A DNA stretch of 64,000 bases from Spirochaetia bacterium (GTDB taxonomy: Bacteria > Spirochaetota > Spirochaetia > CADAEX01). The stretch is taken from positions 24,598 to 88,597 of the forward strand of contig CAXXHA010000039.1 in the NCBI GenBank assembly GCA_963662265.2. The letters are read 5' to 3'. Below, one piece after another: positions 20,221 to 30,717 of this stretch. The notes beneath the pieces were generated by a model. That model was not told the DNA's origin and ran no database searches. It saw only the letters and a program-made list of their open reading frames with translations. A program made the position numbers and the translations under genes. The first letter of the stretch is position 1. The number at the start of each line of letters is the position of its first letter.

Positions 20221-21806
20221 AAAAAAACATGAAGAAAGCTTTCATGACAATACTTTTTTTATTTGTCTTATTCTGCAGCAGTTTTGCAGATGGGAAAAGA
20301 AAAGTTGCTGTCTATCCGCTTTTAAATCCAACTGGGGAAAGCTGGATTAATAATCTTGGCAAATCTGTTACTGATACTGTAACACTCTCCCTTGCAATGA
20401 TGGGGAATTTTAATATTGAAACACCTGGAATCCTGCCTTCAGATTTTGAAGAGAAAAAACTTGCTGATATTGCAGAGAAAAACGGTTTTGATAATATTGT
20501 TTTCGGAAGCTGTTCTGCAAATGACGGTATTTACAGGGTGGGGATTTCCATATTTGATTTAAGCAGAAACGTGATAACTGATACAGCTGAGGAGGAATTT
20601 TATTCACTTCTTGATTCTTTTGATGCTGCAGATAATCTTGTAAATGTTCTTATGGAAAACCTGAGTGGGGAAAAAGTATATTTCGGATCACTTTCTGTAA
20701 AACCAGACAGGGATGAACCTTACAGGACTGAAGTTAACGGTGTTGATGTCGGTTTAGGATTTACAGGTTCCGAAAAAATTATCACCGGAAAACATGAATT
20801 TGATTTTTACCAGAATAGGGGAATGGGGGATGAACTTATTGATAGCATAGAAATTGAAGTCATGATGAGAAAGCAGGCTGTGATAAAACCTTCAATCCCG
20901 TGGCTTACCGAGAGGGAGGCTTTAGAAAATTCAAGAATCAGATCAGGTCTTATCAGGAATTATTTTAAAAAGGAAAACACCGAAAACGTCAATTCATTGT
21001 TTACAGAAGCTTTTGATTTTTCAGAAAATTCATATTTATTGAAATATAGAAAAGGGATAAGGAGTTTTTATTCTGAACTGAAGAAAGAATATTTCACCCC
21101 TTTAAATCTGTATAAAAAATACAAGAAATCTATTGAAAACAGTAATGTCCGTATAATAGATAAAATATTTGTAAAGGATATACATAGGCGTTCGGATATT
21201 GTTTACGGTACAGATGTTGCAACCAAACTGTCATTAATAAATACAAAAGCGAGGACATATTCTTCATTTGTATGTGATTATGATGCAGATATTACTGTTG
21301 ATGGAAAAGCTGATGACTGGGAGAAGATAAAGTCTGTCTTTAATGATCTGGATAATGATTCAAAAGTAAAAAACAAATCTAATTTGAGTGGATTTGATAT
21401 TGCAAGAGCAGGAATTGCAATTGACAGCCGATATCTCTACTGCATGATTGAAACTGCAGGGAAGAAATACAGAAGAGACTGCAGTTATGAAATTATTATG
21501 GGGCTCAAAGATGTTATTCAGATCCTGTATTTTCCGGGAGGTGGTAATGCAGAAGCAATATTTGTTCCTGAACGTAAATGGAAAAATTCAAAAGAGATTT
21601 ATATTTCTCTTGAAAAGGCAGTCGATGAGATAATTGAAATTGCAATACCGTTAACTGAAGTGGAAAAATATTTTGATACAGAAAGCTATACAGTTGATTT
21701 TGAATATAATGTAAAAGATAAGAGTTCAGGAAAAAATATTGATTATTATAATTTAAAAGTGAATATACCTACTATTTATTATAAGCTTACAGGTGAGGGG
21801 AAATAA
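20217..21806 (+). CDS. Secreted protein, TolB-N/CsgG-like N-domain and CBM9/DOMON-like C-domain
   Basis: Signal peptide SFA; KVAVYPL.N; ITVDGKADDW, D.RYLY, EIAIPL. Confidence 0.55.
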   Translation: MKKNMKKAFMTILFLFVLFCSSFADGKRKVAVYPLLNPTGESWINNLGKSVTDTVTLSLAMMGNFNIETPGILPSDFEEKKLADIAEKNGFDNIVFGSCSANDGIYRVGISIFDLSRNVITDTAEEEFYSLLDSFDAADNLVNVLMENLSGEKVYFGSLSVKPDRDEPYRTEVNGVDVGLGFTGSEKIITGKHEFDFYQNRGMGDELIDSIEIEVMMRKQAVIKPSIPWLTEREALENSRIRSGLIRNYFKKENTENVNSLFTEAFDFSENSYLLKYRKGIRSFYSELKKEYFTPLNLYKKYKKSIENSNVRIIDKIFVKDIHRRSDIVYGTDVATKLSLINTKARTYSSFVCDYDADITVDGKADDWEKIKSVFNDLDNDSKVKNKSNLSGFDIARAGIAIDSRYLYCMIETAGKKYRRDCSYEIIMGLKDVIQILYFPGGGNAEAIFVPERKWKNSKEIYISLEKAVDEIIEIAIPLTEVEKYFDTESYTVDFEYNVKDKSSGKNIDYYNLKVNIPTIYYKLTGEGK

Positions 21807-21982
21807 TTTTATGTAATTTATATTTATCCATGAACAGTTCTCGATGTTCAATATAACTTGTACTCAATATCTGTTACGCTTATATACCGGGGACTGTATT
21901 TCAGCCCCCGATATTTTTTACCGAACGTGTATCTTCCGGAAAAAAATCTTTAAAAGCACAGTAGTTCAGGTATTTTCTCCAT

Positions 21983-23389
21983 CTAACAGATGGAGAGAAT
22001 CTCATCAATCTTATTTCCGTCCCTGTAGATTACTTCCGCCACAACTTTTCCCCCTGTTTTTTCTCTTACGCGGGGATTACCTGTTATTTCAACAGCTTTC
22101 TTCATAAGCTCATTTATAGAAACAATATCAAGACCGTAATTATTCAGATTTTTTTCAAGTTCCGGCTTTAACGGGTTAACTGCAATTCCCCTTTCTGTGA
22201 CAATAACATCGACAGTTTTTCCAGGCGTCGTGACAGTTGTTACTTTATCAACAACAATAGGAAGCCTTCCCCGCTGCAGAGGCGCGACAATAATGCTTAA
22301 AGACGAACCTGCAGCAGCATCGCAGTGGCCTCCTGAGCCTCCGATAATCAACCCGTTTGAATCTGTGTGCACATTGACATTGAAGTCCCTGTCAACTTCT
22401 GTCGCGCCCAGTATTACTGCGTCGAGCGAATCTACAACGCAGCTTTTCGATGACGGGTTTGCATAGCGTGATGCTGAAATTTCCTGGTGAAAAGGGTTTG
22501 ATCCTATTGATTCAACAGCCTCAAGGTCAAAGCACTGCACATCGAGAATTGACCTGAATAGTCCCTCTCTGACAAAATCGACAAAGTATTTTGTTATACC
22601 ACCCAGGCAGAAGCTTCCCTGTATGCTGTTTTTTATCATCAGGTTGCGAAGGCAGTCGGCAGCTGCAAGCGATGCGCCTCCCGCCCCTGTCTGGAATGAA
22701 AATCCCTCTCTCATAATACCTGATGCCGCAATAGCTTTTGCAGCATTATCTGCTATTTTAAGCCCCACAGGGTCTCTTGTAATCTGTGTGGTTCCCGAGA
22801 CTATTTTTGATGAATCCCCGATTGAATCAACCACAACCACATAGTCAATATCTTTCTCATTTATTGAGACAGGTGTGTTGGGGTAATCTACAAGGTTGTC
22901 TGTAATGACAACTGTTTTATGTGCATTCTCAGCATCGGGAAAAGCATAACCGAGTGACCCGCACCGGGAAGGTCCTATTACACCGTTTATATTTCCCATG
23001 CAGTCGGAGGAGGGGGCAGCAATAAAGGCAATATCTATTTCAAGTTCTCCCTTTTCTATCGCATTCGGCCTTCCCCCGTGGCTTCTGAATATGACAGGTT
23101 TTTCCATTCCCCCGTGGCTGATGAATTCCCCGAGCGGTCCTGTCATGTAGTTTGTATCTATTCCTGTCACAGTCCTGTTTTTTATATGTTTTATCAGGTT
23201 GTCATGTACAGGAAAGAGTGAGCTCATTGCTATGTTAAGATTCTTAAATCCCTCTTCAGCTGCCTTGTCAGTTACAATATTAAGGACATAGTCCCCGTTT
23301 CTCAGGTGGTGGTGAAATGAAATAGTCATCCCGTCTTTCATGCCGCACAGTTTGAATACTTCTTTAAGTGATTTTACAACCTTGCTCAT
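21983..23389 (-). CDS. citF: Citrate lyase alpha subunit (CoA-transferase)
   Basis: KDGMTISFHHHLRNGD, SHGGR, FQTGAGGAS, GGSGGH, TPG.TVDVIVTERGIAVNP. Confidence 0.96.
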   Translation of the reverse strand: MSKVVKSLKEVFKLCGMKDGMTISFHHHLRNGDYVLNIVTDKAAEEGFKNLNIAMSSLFPVHDNLIKHIKNRTVTGIDTNYMTGPLGEFISHGGMEKPVIFRSHGGRPNAIEKGELEIDIAFIAAPSSDCMGNINGVIGPSRCGSLGYAFPDAENAHKTVVITDNLVDYPNTPVSINEKDIDYVVVVDSIGDSSKIVSGTTQITRDPVGLKIADNAAKAIAASGIMREGFSFQTGAGGASLAAADCLRNLMIKNSIQGSFCLGGITKYFVDFVREGLFRSILDVQCFDLEAVESIGSNPFHQEISASRYANPSSKSCVVDSLDAVILGATEVDRDFNVNVHTDSNGLIIGGSGGHCDAAAGSSLSIIVAPLQRGRLPIVVDKVTTVTTPGKTVDVIVTERGIAVNPLKPELEKNLNNYGLDIVSINELMKKAVEITGNPRVREKTGGKVVAEVIYRDGNKIDEILSIC

Positions 23390-23390
23390 T

Positions 23391-24251
23391 TCAGTTTTTC
23401 CCCCCTGCAAGCTGAATTATTCTTTTTGCCCTGTTTACAACAGGAGCATCAATCATTTCCCCGTTAAGAGACACTGCCCCTTTTCCAAGCCTTTCCCCTT
23501 CTGCAATTGCCTCAAGCACCTCTTTAGCATATTCAATTTCCTCTTCAGAGGGGAGGAATGTGCTGTTTACTGTCTCTATGTGCCTGGGGGATATCACAGC
23601 CTTGCCTGAAAACCCCAGGTCTTTTGCATAGAGGGTGTCTTTTTCAAGCGCCTCAATATCGTTTGTATCTGTAAACGGTGTATCAATTGCGTCAACCGAG
23701 GATGCTTTTGCAGCTATAACAACCCTTGACCTTGAGTAGAAAATTTCATCACCTTTTTTAGTTCTTCTTGCGTTTATGTCTGCTGTAAGGTCCTCCGCCC
23801 CGAGGAAGAGTGCATCAACTCTCTTGTCAGATGATGCAATCTGAAAGCTGTTTTCAATTCCAAGGGCTGATTCAAGTATCGGGATAATATTTATCCTGTT
23901 TTCTATGCTGTAATTCTTTTCCATTTCATCGAGTGCTGATGAGAGCGTTTTAATATCTTCAGCAGATTCAGCCTTAGGAAGCACTATACTGTCCAGGCGG
24001 TATTTGAGTATCTCGTTAAGATCATCCCTCCAGAAAGGGGATGATATGCTGTTTATCCTAACGCAGATTTCATAGCCTGAGAAATCAAAAGCAGAAAGTG
24101 TGTTTCTCACAAGTATTCTTGCGGCATCTTTCTGTTTTTCCGAAACAGCATCCTCAAGGTCGAAGATTATGCTGTCGCTTCCGAATACAGCTGCATTCAT
24201 AAGCATGGAAGGGCTGTTGCCCGGAATAAAAAGCATGCTCCGTCTAATCAT
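23391..24251 (-). CDS. citE: Citrate lyase beta subunit
   Basis: RRSMLFIPGN, IFDLEDAV, LGAED, GFSGKAVISPR, GEMIDAP. Confidence 0.96.
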   Translation of the reverse strand: MIRRSMLFIPGNSPSMLMNAAVFGSDSIIFDLEDAVSEKQKDAARILVRNTLSAFDFSGYEICVRINSISSPFWRDDLNEILKYRLDSIVLPKAESAEDIKTLSSALDEMEKNYSIENRINIIPILESALGIENSFQIASSDKRVDALFLGAEDLTADINARRTKKGDEIFYSRSRVVIAAKASSVDAIDTPFTDTNDIEALEKDTLYAKDLGFSGKAVISPRHIETVNSTFLPSEEEIEYAKEVLEAIAEGERLGKGAVSLNGEMIDAPVVNRAKRIIQLAGGKN

Positions 24252-24519
24252 CTTCGTTTCCTCCCGACCTCAGGAGTGCTGTTTCAACCCTGGCTTTTAT
24301 TGTACATTCTAAAGCTCCCCTGTCTTTTACAGATATTCTTCCCGATGCAACACCAAGGTCAGTACATACTTCCATTACTGATTTCCTTATATCGTCCCCG
24401 AACTGCTGCATCACAATGCTTTCAATGAATATTTCCAGTTCACCGCTTCCCGGTTCCGCTGTTACCATTGTGTCACTCGATTCAAGTGTTCCTGCTGTTT
24501 CTCTTTTCTGAAGTACCAC
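24244..24519 (-). CDS. citD: Citrate lyase acyl carrier protein
   Basis: AGTLESSD, QFG..I, D.GALECTIKAR. Confidence 0.95.
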   Translation of the reverse strand: MVLQKRETAGTLESSDTMVTAEPGSGELEIFIESIVMQQFGDDIRKSVMEVCTDLGVASGRISVKDRGALECTIKARVETALLRSGGNEDD

Positions 24520-24529
24520 TTCTTTCCTC

Positions 24530-25573
24530 CTAATGGCGAGAACTGCTGTTTTTTATTTTGTCAATTATTTCCCCTGCTTCACATGAAATAAGAAAGCTGT
24601 ATGTGGACGGGGGGAGATATTTTTCTGTTTCCTCAATCTTACCTTCCCTTATCAGTGACCTGACTTTTGATGCGCTTATTATCTCATTTCCTGTCTTAAT
24701 CCTTTCTATTTCAACAGCTTCAATTCCTGCTTCGGGAAGGAGGGATTTTATATACCTGTTGTAAATTGAAGTTACAGGACAGTAGGGTTCCTCACCGATA
24801 AATCTTTTTTTTATATTAAGAGCTTTGGCTGTATGGTTTATGAAAATATCAAGGTCAAGGGATGCGAAAATATCAGTATGCCGGTCTTCCTTTACAAAGT
24901 ATGAGGGGAAGGTTGCAGATGATATTGTGTAGCTTCCTCCCGGCAGCACAGTTATATTGTTAAGGTGTTCTGTCCCTTTTCTGACAAGCTCAATTCTTTT
25001 TTCAAAGGGGAACAGGGACCTGTCTTCCTGGACAATGATGATAAAAAGATGTTCTGATTCAGATGCTGCTTTTTCAATGAGATACAGGTGTCCTTTTGTA
25101 AACGGGTTACAGTTCATTACTATGCAGCTGTTATTGCCTTTTAGACCTGATGAAAGCTTTTCAAGACCTTCTGTGAATCTCTTTATCCCGTTTCTGTCAT
25201 ATTCAAGAAGAGCTGCCTGTCCCCTGACACTTCCCACAGTATTAAATCCCAGATCCTCGAATTTGTCTTTTTCGGAAAACTTTGTGAAAATGAAGAAATT
25301 ATCAAATCCCTTTTCAAGACATACTGATGCAAGGTGGGTGATAATTTTTGCTGTTATGTTTTCTCCCCTGTAGTCCTCATGTACAGCAATCCCTTTCAGT
25401 ATATTCCCGCTTACAGATCCTGTTCCTATGAGAAGGCTGCCGTGAAAAAAACCTGCTGTATAATCAATATCCCCCGGTACTGACAGCCCGGAGGATAATA
25501 AAAGAGATTTTGCTTTTTCTGATGTTATCTTTTTCTCTTTTATAAGCATTTCTGTATTATTTGTTTCCTGCAA
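24530..25573 (-). CDS. citC: [Citrate lyase] ligase
   Basis: N-terminal GNAT part; [36 protein letters not shown]. Confidence 0.95.
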   Translation of the reverse strand: MQETNNTEMLIKEKKITSEKAKSLLLSSGLSVPGDIDYTAGFFHGSLLIGTGSVSGNILKGIAVHEDYRGENITAKIITHLASVCLEKGFDNFFIFTKFSEKDKFEDLGFNTVGSVRGQAALLEYDRNGIKRFTEGLEKLSSGLKGNNSCIVMNCNPFTKGHLYLIEKAASESEHLFIIIVQEDRSLFPFEKRIELVRKGTEHLNNITVLPGGSYTISSATFPSYFVKEDRHTDIFASLDLDIFINHTAKALNIKKRFIGEEPYCPVTSIYNRYIKSLLPEAGIEAVEIERIKTGNEIISASKVRSLIREGKIEETEKYLPPSTYSFLISCEAGEIIDKIKNSSSRH

Positions 25574-26855
25574 ATCTGCTTATTGAGTTCTTCAGTCTCT
25601 TATCAAGGATTTCCCTGTATTCCGAGATTGATTTATAGGGTTTTGATGCGACACCGCTTTCAACAGCTGCCTGGGCAACTGCTGCAGATACTTCAATAAA
25701 CACCCTTGAATCGAACGGTTTCGGTATTATGTAATTCCGGCCATATGAGAGGTTTTCAAGGTTATATGCCTTTAAAACAGTATCAGGGACACTTAGTTTT
25801 GCAACAGATGCCAGTGCTTTTGCAGCTGCAACTTTCATTTCCTCGTTTATTGCAGTTGCTGCAACATCAAGAGCTCCCCTGAAAATAAAGGGAAATCCCA
25901 TGACATTGTTGACCTGGTTCGGGTAATCAGACCTTCCTGTGGACATTATGACATCTTCCCTTGCCTCAACTGCATCAGGGTAGGTGATTTCAGGATCAGG
26001 ATTTGCAAGTGCAAATACAATGGGGTCACTGTTCATTTTTTTAAGCATCGCTTTAGAAACTGCCCCCTTTACAGAAAGGCCGAGGAAAATATCAGCTTCA
26101 TTCAGTGCTTCCGACAGAGTCCTTGTTTCTGTAGAAGCTGCAAATTCCTCCTTGAATGGGTTCATTCCCTCTGTTCTTCCCCTGTATATAACCCCTTTTG
26201 AGTCGCACATTATGATGTTTTCTTTTTTTATTCCAAGAGAGATATAAAATCTTCCGCATGCAATTCCCGCAGCTCCTGCCCCGTTTATTACAACCTTAAC
26301 CTCATCAATTTTCTTGTCCGCAATTTCAAGAGCATTCAGGAGGGCTGCACCTGTTATTATTGCTGTCCCGTGCTGATCATCATGGAAAACAGGTATATTC
26401 ATCTCCTTCTTGAGGCGGGATTCAATTTCAAAGCATTCAGGAGCCTTTATATCTTCAAGGTTGATTCCACCGAATGTAGGTTCCATCAGTTTTACAGCAT
26501 CAATTAATCTTTCTGTATCTTCTGTTTCAAGTTCAAGATCAAATACATCAACATCTGCAAACCTCTTGAAAAGGACCCCCTTTCCCTCCATGACAGGTTT
26601 TCCTGCAGCTGCCCCGATATTACCCAGTCCCAGGACTGCTGTACCGTTGCTTATAACAGCAACAAGGTTGTTCCTGTTTGTATATTTTGAAAGTACAGAC
26701 CTGTCTTTTTTTATTTCGAGGCAGGGGTATGCAACACCAGGTGTATAGGCATAGCTCAGGTCTGCCTGTGTAAGGCATGGTTTTGAAGGTATCACTTCAA
26801 GCTTCCCTGCAGAGGGATAAGAATGGTATTGAAGTGAGTTTTTTTCTAGTTCCAT
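25557..26855 (-). CDS. Malic enzyme (MaeB-like catalytic domain without PTA), possible oxaloacetate decarboxylase
   Basis: [60 protein letters not shown]. Confidence 0.92.
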   Translation of the reverse strand: MELEKNSLQYHSYPSAGKLEVIPSKPCLTQADLSYAYTPGVAYPCLEIKKDRSVLSKYTNRNNLVAVISNGTAVLGLGNIGAAAGKPVMEGKGVLFKRFADVDVFDLELETEDTERLIDAVKLMEPTFGGINLEDIKAPECFEIESRLKKEMNIPVFHDDQHGTAIITGAALLNALEIADKKIDEVKVVINGAGAAGIACGRFYISLGIKKENIIMCDSKGVIYRGRTEGMNPFKEEFAASTETRTLSEALNEADIFLGLSVKGAVSKAMLKKMNSDPIVFALANPDPEITYPDAVEAREDVIMSTGRSDYPNQVNNVMGFPFIFRGALDVAATAINEEMKVAAAKALASVAKLSVPDTVLKAYNLENLSYGRNYIIPKPFDSRVFIEVSAAVAQAAVESGVASKPYKSISEYREILDKRLKNSISRFAGNK

Positions 26856-26878
26856 ATTGATTTTCTCCGTTTGGAAAA

Positions 26879-26935
26879 GAAGCGGAACTGCTTCTGCCTG
26901 CTTTCAGACATAAGGGAAAACAGTTCCGCTTTTTT
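26879..26935 (-). terminator. Stem-loop between the transporter and malic enzyme genes
   Basis: AAGCGGAACTG...CAGTTCCGCTT inverted repeat flanked by A/T runs. Confidence 0.6.
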
Positions 26936-26942
26936 GTTAAAA

Positions 26943-28226
26943 TTAAAGAATTACTTTAAGAATTGCTGTGGCAAGGAGTATCATGAATGCTCCCCCCAGA
27001 CGTGATGATATCTGTGCGAAAGGCATGAGTTCCATACGTTTAGAAGCAGAGAGTACTGCAACATCGCCAGTTCCTCCCATATTTGCCATACAGAGACCGC
27101 CTGTGATTGCTGCTTCTGCAGGGTAGAAACCGAGTAGTTTTCCAATAAATCCTGAACCTATGATTGAACCTGCCACTGTTACAACAACAAGTACTATGTA
27201 CTGAATTGTAAAAGCTGAAGCAAGCTGCGGAAGGTTGATATATACAATACCTATTCCCACAAGAAGTGCGCTTGTAAAATTGGTTGTAACAAACTTGTAC
27301 CACTGTGCGCATCCCTGTTCATATTTTTCAGGTACAAGGTTTAAGGCCTTGAATACGCCTACAGAGATAATCATGAGTGCATACCTGTGAAGCGGGATGA
27401 ATTTAGAAAGGATGTTGCCGAAAATGTAGAAAGTACATGCAACTGCTATACCGATTCCCATCAGTTTGTAGTCAAGAGGAAGAGGTTCTCTTGTTTCCTT
27501 GATAAAATCTTCCTGTTTTTTCATGAGTTTTCCGTTACCTGAAAGTGAAGGCATGTTTTTGCCGAATTTATCTATAAGACCTCCAAAAACAATTGCTGCA
27601 GCATTTCCGAGTGCAAGTGCAGGAACCATTATTGATAATATATTGCCTGGATCTTCATTCATTGCTGAACCAAATATTTCAGAAAGTGGTATAGCACCTG
27701 CTCCCATTCCTCCGCCCATGATAGGGAGAGCGACATAAAGAACTGCACGCTGAAATCCGAAACCGATTAAAGCTCCGACAATACCTGTAAGGCCGAGCGC
27801 AACAATAACACCGCCCAGTATTATGGGAAGGTATCTTACAAATGCCTTAATAAGGAATTCCCTGCTCATTCCAAGGATTGATCCGCATATAAGAGCTGCG
27901 ATATAGAAGTTGAGGAACTGTCCCCCCTTCATGAAAGTTGTAATGCTTTTTACAGGTGCTTCAGGAAAAACGCCGTAATATGCAAGCAGGGCTGATCCGA
28001 ATATACATACAATAGCCCCTCCGCCGAGGTAGTCTTTAACTATCGGTGTCCTGTTTCCGATTTCATCAAGCAGTGCTCCGTAAATCATCATTGCACCAAG
28101 AATGATGAGCCCGCCGGGCAGTTTCCCCATATACATTGCAACAGTTACAACTGCTGTCAGTATGAGAAATACAGGCCATGAAATACCCATAATCTTATAG
28201 GTTTTCTGTTCTGTGTTTGTACTCAT
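26943..28226 (-). CDS. 2-hydroxycarboxylate transporter (CitS/MaeN/CimH family)
   Basis: PIMGGGMGAGAIPLS, GLCMANMGGTGDVAVLSA..RM.LMPFAQISSRLGGA. Confidence 0.95.
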   Translation of the reverse strand: MSTNTEQKTYKIMGISWPVFLILTAVVTVAMYMGKLPGGLIILGAMMIYGALLDEIGNRTPIVKDYLGGGAIVCIFGSALLAYYGVFPEAPVKSITTFMKGGQFLNFYIAALICGSILGMSREFLIKAFVRYLPIILGGVIVALGLTGIVGALIGFGFQRAVLYVALPIMGGGMGAGAIPLSEIFGSAMNEDPGNILSIMVPALALGNAAAIVFGGLIDKFGKNMPSLSGNGKLMKKQEDFIKETREPLPLDYKLMGIGIAVACTFYIFGNILSKFIPLHRYALMIISVGVFKALNLVPEKYEQGCAQWYKFVTTNFTSALLVGIGIVYINLPQLASAFTIQYIVLVVVTVAGSIIGSGFIGKLLGFYPAEAAITGGLCMANMGGTGDVAVLSASKRMELMPFAQISSRLGGAFMILLATAILKVIL

Positions 28227-28441
28227 AAATTCCTCCGATTTTATTCTTAATCATCAGGTTAAGAGTAAATAACTTATATAGATAGGTTTTGTGAAATATT
28301 AAAAATGTTATATAAATAATCTAAGAAAACTAAGTAAAATAACTTTTTAAAGTAAAATAAATGAAGTGAGCTGAAAGCTGGTCTGAAGTGGTAATTCGTT
28401 GATTTACTGGGCTATGAGATTTACAGTTAAATCCTGTTTAT

Positions 28442-29113
28442 TTACTTTATAATCCTGTAGAGTGATTTAGGCCTTCCGCCTGTTCCGTAATATATTTCCG
28501 ACCTGATTTTCCCGCTCTCCTCCAGGTAGTCAAGGTATCGCCTTACTGTAACTGTGCTTATGCCTGATTTATCAGATATCTCTTCAGTATCAAATTTTTT
28601 TGATGCTGTGAATGATTCTATTATATCAATAATCATTTCAAGGGTTTTTCCCTGGAGACCCTTCGGCAGCCTTGTTTTACTGCTTTTCCCTTTTGTAAGC
28701 CTGTCAAACTCCTCCTGGCCTATCGATTTCCTGCTGTCCATCATGTAAAACCGTTCTTTATACTGTTCAAGGGTTGAAATCAGCCTGTCAAATTTAAATG
28801 GCTTGATAAGGTAGTCAACTGCCCCGTATTTAAGCGAAGTCCTGATATCATTGACATCGTTGGAAGCTGTTACAAAGATAACATCAGATTCAATCTGGAG
28901 CTGTCTCATTTTCTTTATAAATGTTATTCCGTCCATTTCAGGCATGTAAATATCTACAACAGCAAGGTCAATAGTGTTTTCGGAAAGAAAGTTAAGTGCT
29001 TCATTCCCGTTCTTTACAGATTCAATAACCCTGTAACCTTCAACACTTTCTATATATCCCTTGTTTATGTCAGCTACCATCGGATCATCTTCAACAATCA
29101 GCACTTTAATCAC
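28442..29113 (-). CDS. CitB/DcuR family response regulator
   Basis: VEDDPMVA, DIYMP, DYLIKPF, LPKGL, S.VTVRRYL.YL, YGTGGRP. Confidence 0.93.
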   Translation of the reverse strand: MIKVLIVEDDPMVADINKGYIESVEGYRVIESVKNGNEALNFLSENTIDLAVVDIYMPEMDGITFIKKMRQLQIESDVIFVTASNDVNDIRTSLKYGAVDYLIKPFKFDRLISTLEQYKERFYMMDSRKSIGQEEFDRLTKGKSSKTRLPKGLQGKTLEMIIDIIESFTASKKFDTEEISDKSGISTVTVRRYLDYLEESGKIRSEIYYGTGGRPKSLYRIIK

Positions 29114-30717
29114 AGACTTCCCCCTGTTTTCAGGGTTATATTGATTTCAGTGCCTTTCCCAGGTTCCGAAGTTATATCAAATTCCCCGTTCAGATTTTTT
29201 ATACTTTTCTGCACAAGATCAAGACCAACCCCGTTGCTTTTTGATTTTGTTGTATATCCCCGCTCGAAGACAGAATAGGTATCAGGTTCTTCTATTCCGT
29301 TTCCGGTGTCCCTTACTGTAATTTCAATAATTCCGGGATTATCTTTTATCAAGAGGTAAACATTCCTCTCTTCTCCGGCTTTGTTCTCAACTGCTTCAAA
29401 GCTGTTTTCAAGCAGGTTGCCTATAATTGTTATGAGGTCGTTATTGTAGATATAGCTGTCTTCCCCCAGAAATGAGAGGTCATCAATATCGAAATCTATG
29501 CTGAGCTCCCTGGCTCGGCTCAGTTTTCCCAGGACAAGGGCTGCTATTGTAGCATTTTTAATTTTTTTGGTTATTGAATAGGCTCTCTGCTCATGGTCTT
29601 CCGTAATATCCATGATGAAGTTTTCAGCATTTTTGTATTTTCCTGAATGAATGAAACCCAGTATTACATGAAGTTTGTTTTTAAATTCATGATTGCTTGC
29701 CCGGAGCGCCCCTATAATCTGGTTAACACCTGTTATTTCTTCCGCAAGCAGGGTAAGCATTGTCTTGTCCTGAAAAGTGGCAATAGCTCCTGTAATTCTG
29801 TTTCTGTCCCTTATTACAATTCTGTTGGCAACAACAAGTGTCTGATTTATTACATCTTCCTGGTTGTACTGGTTTTCGCCCTGTTTCATAACATCAAGAA
29901 GTTTGGTAGATGGAAAAATATCAACTATATCTTTGCCGATTATTTCAGCAGGATCGGTGTCTACATTGAGGATTTTCAGAGCTGATTCATTTATCATTGT
30001 TATTCTGCAGCTGTTGTCTATTGCAAGTATTCCCTCATGAATAGCATTAAGCATTCCTTTCTTCTCGTTGTAGAGCTGTATTATTTCATACGGCTCAAGC
30101 CCCAGCAGTGTCTTTTTTATGTTGCCTGCAAGAAGCGCGGATCCTGAAAAGCCGAAGAACAGTGAAATTGCAAAGGAAATATAAAAGAAATAAAGCGACT
30201 GACTCTTTATTTTAGCAATATTTGAAATCAGTGTTCCTGAGGTAATGAAGCCTATCTGTTTTCCCGAATGATCAATCACCGGGGCAAAAGCTCGGAGCGA
30301 TTTTCCCAGTGTCCCTGTTGCAACAGAGATGTAGCTTTCTCCTGTTTCAATTATTCTCTTGTTGTCTCCCCCCACAAATATTTTACCGACCTTCTCCGGA
30401 TCAGGGTGTGCATATCTGATGCTGTTCATATCACAGACTGTTATGAATTGTATGTTTGTTAGGGCCTGCCTCTTGTTGTTGACATAACTGTTGCACCTTG
30501 TTTTGTCACCTGTTTTGAGTGAATCTATTATTTCATTATCCCTTGCAAGACCCTGGGCAATATTCATTACTGTGATTTCTGAATAATTCTGGATTGTCTT
30601 CATCTCCATCCATATGCTGAATACACCGGAAATTACCAGAGATATGAAAATAACAACTGTTGTCAGTATTGTGATTTTTGCGGCAAGCCCTGTCCTTTTT
30701 TGTCTAATATGTTTCAT
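29110..30717 (-). CDS. CitA/DcuS family sensor histidine kinase
   Basis: Cache sensor RYAHP..GTLG.SLRAF, PAS, LRASNHEFKNKLH, GNLLENS, GVGL. Confidence 0.93.
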   Translation of the reverse strand: MKHIRQKRTGLAAKITILTTVVIFISLVISGVFSIWMEMKTIQNYSEITVMNIAQGLARDNEIIDSLKTGDKTRCNSYVNNKRQALTNIQFITVCDMNSIRYAHPDPEKVGKIFVGGDNKRIIETGESYISVATGTLGKSLRAFAPVIDHSGKQIGFITSGTLISNIAKIKSQSLYFFYISFAISLFFGFSGSALLAGNIKKTLLGLEPYEIIQLYNEKKGMLNAIHEGILAIDNSCRITMINESALKILNVDTDPAEIIGKDIVDIFPSTKLLDVMKQGENQYNQEDVINQTLVVANRIVIRDRNRITGAIATFQDKTMLTLLAEEITGVNQIIGALRASNHEFKNKLHVILGFIHSGKYKNAENFIMDITEDHEQRAYSITKKIKNATIAALVLGKLSRARELSIDFDIDDLSFLGEDSYIYNNDLITIIGNLLENSFEAVENKAGEERNVYLLIKDNPGIIEITVRDTGNGIEEPDTYSVFERGYTTKSKSNGVGLDLVQKSIKNLNGEFDITSEPGKGTEINITLKTGGSL

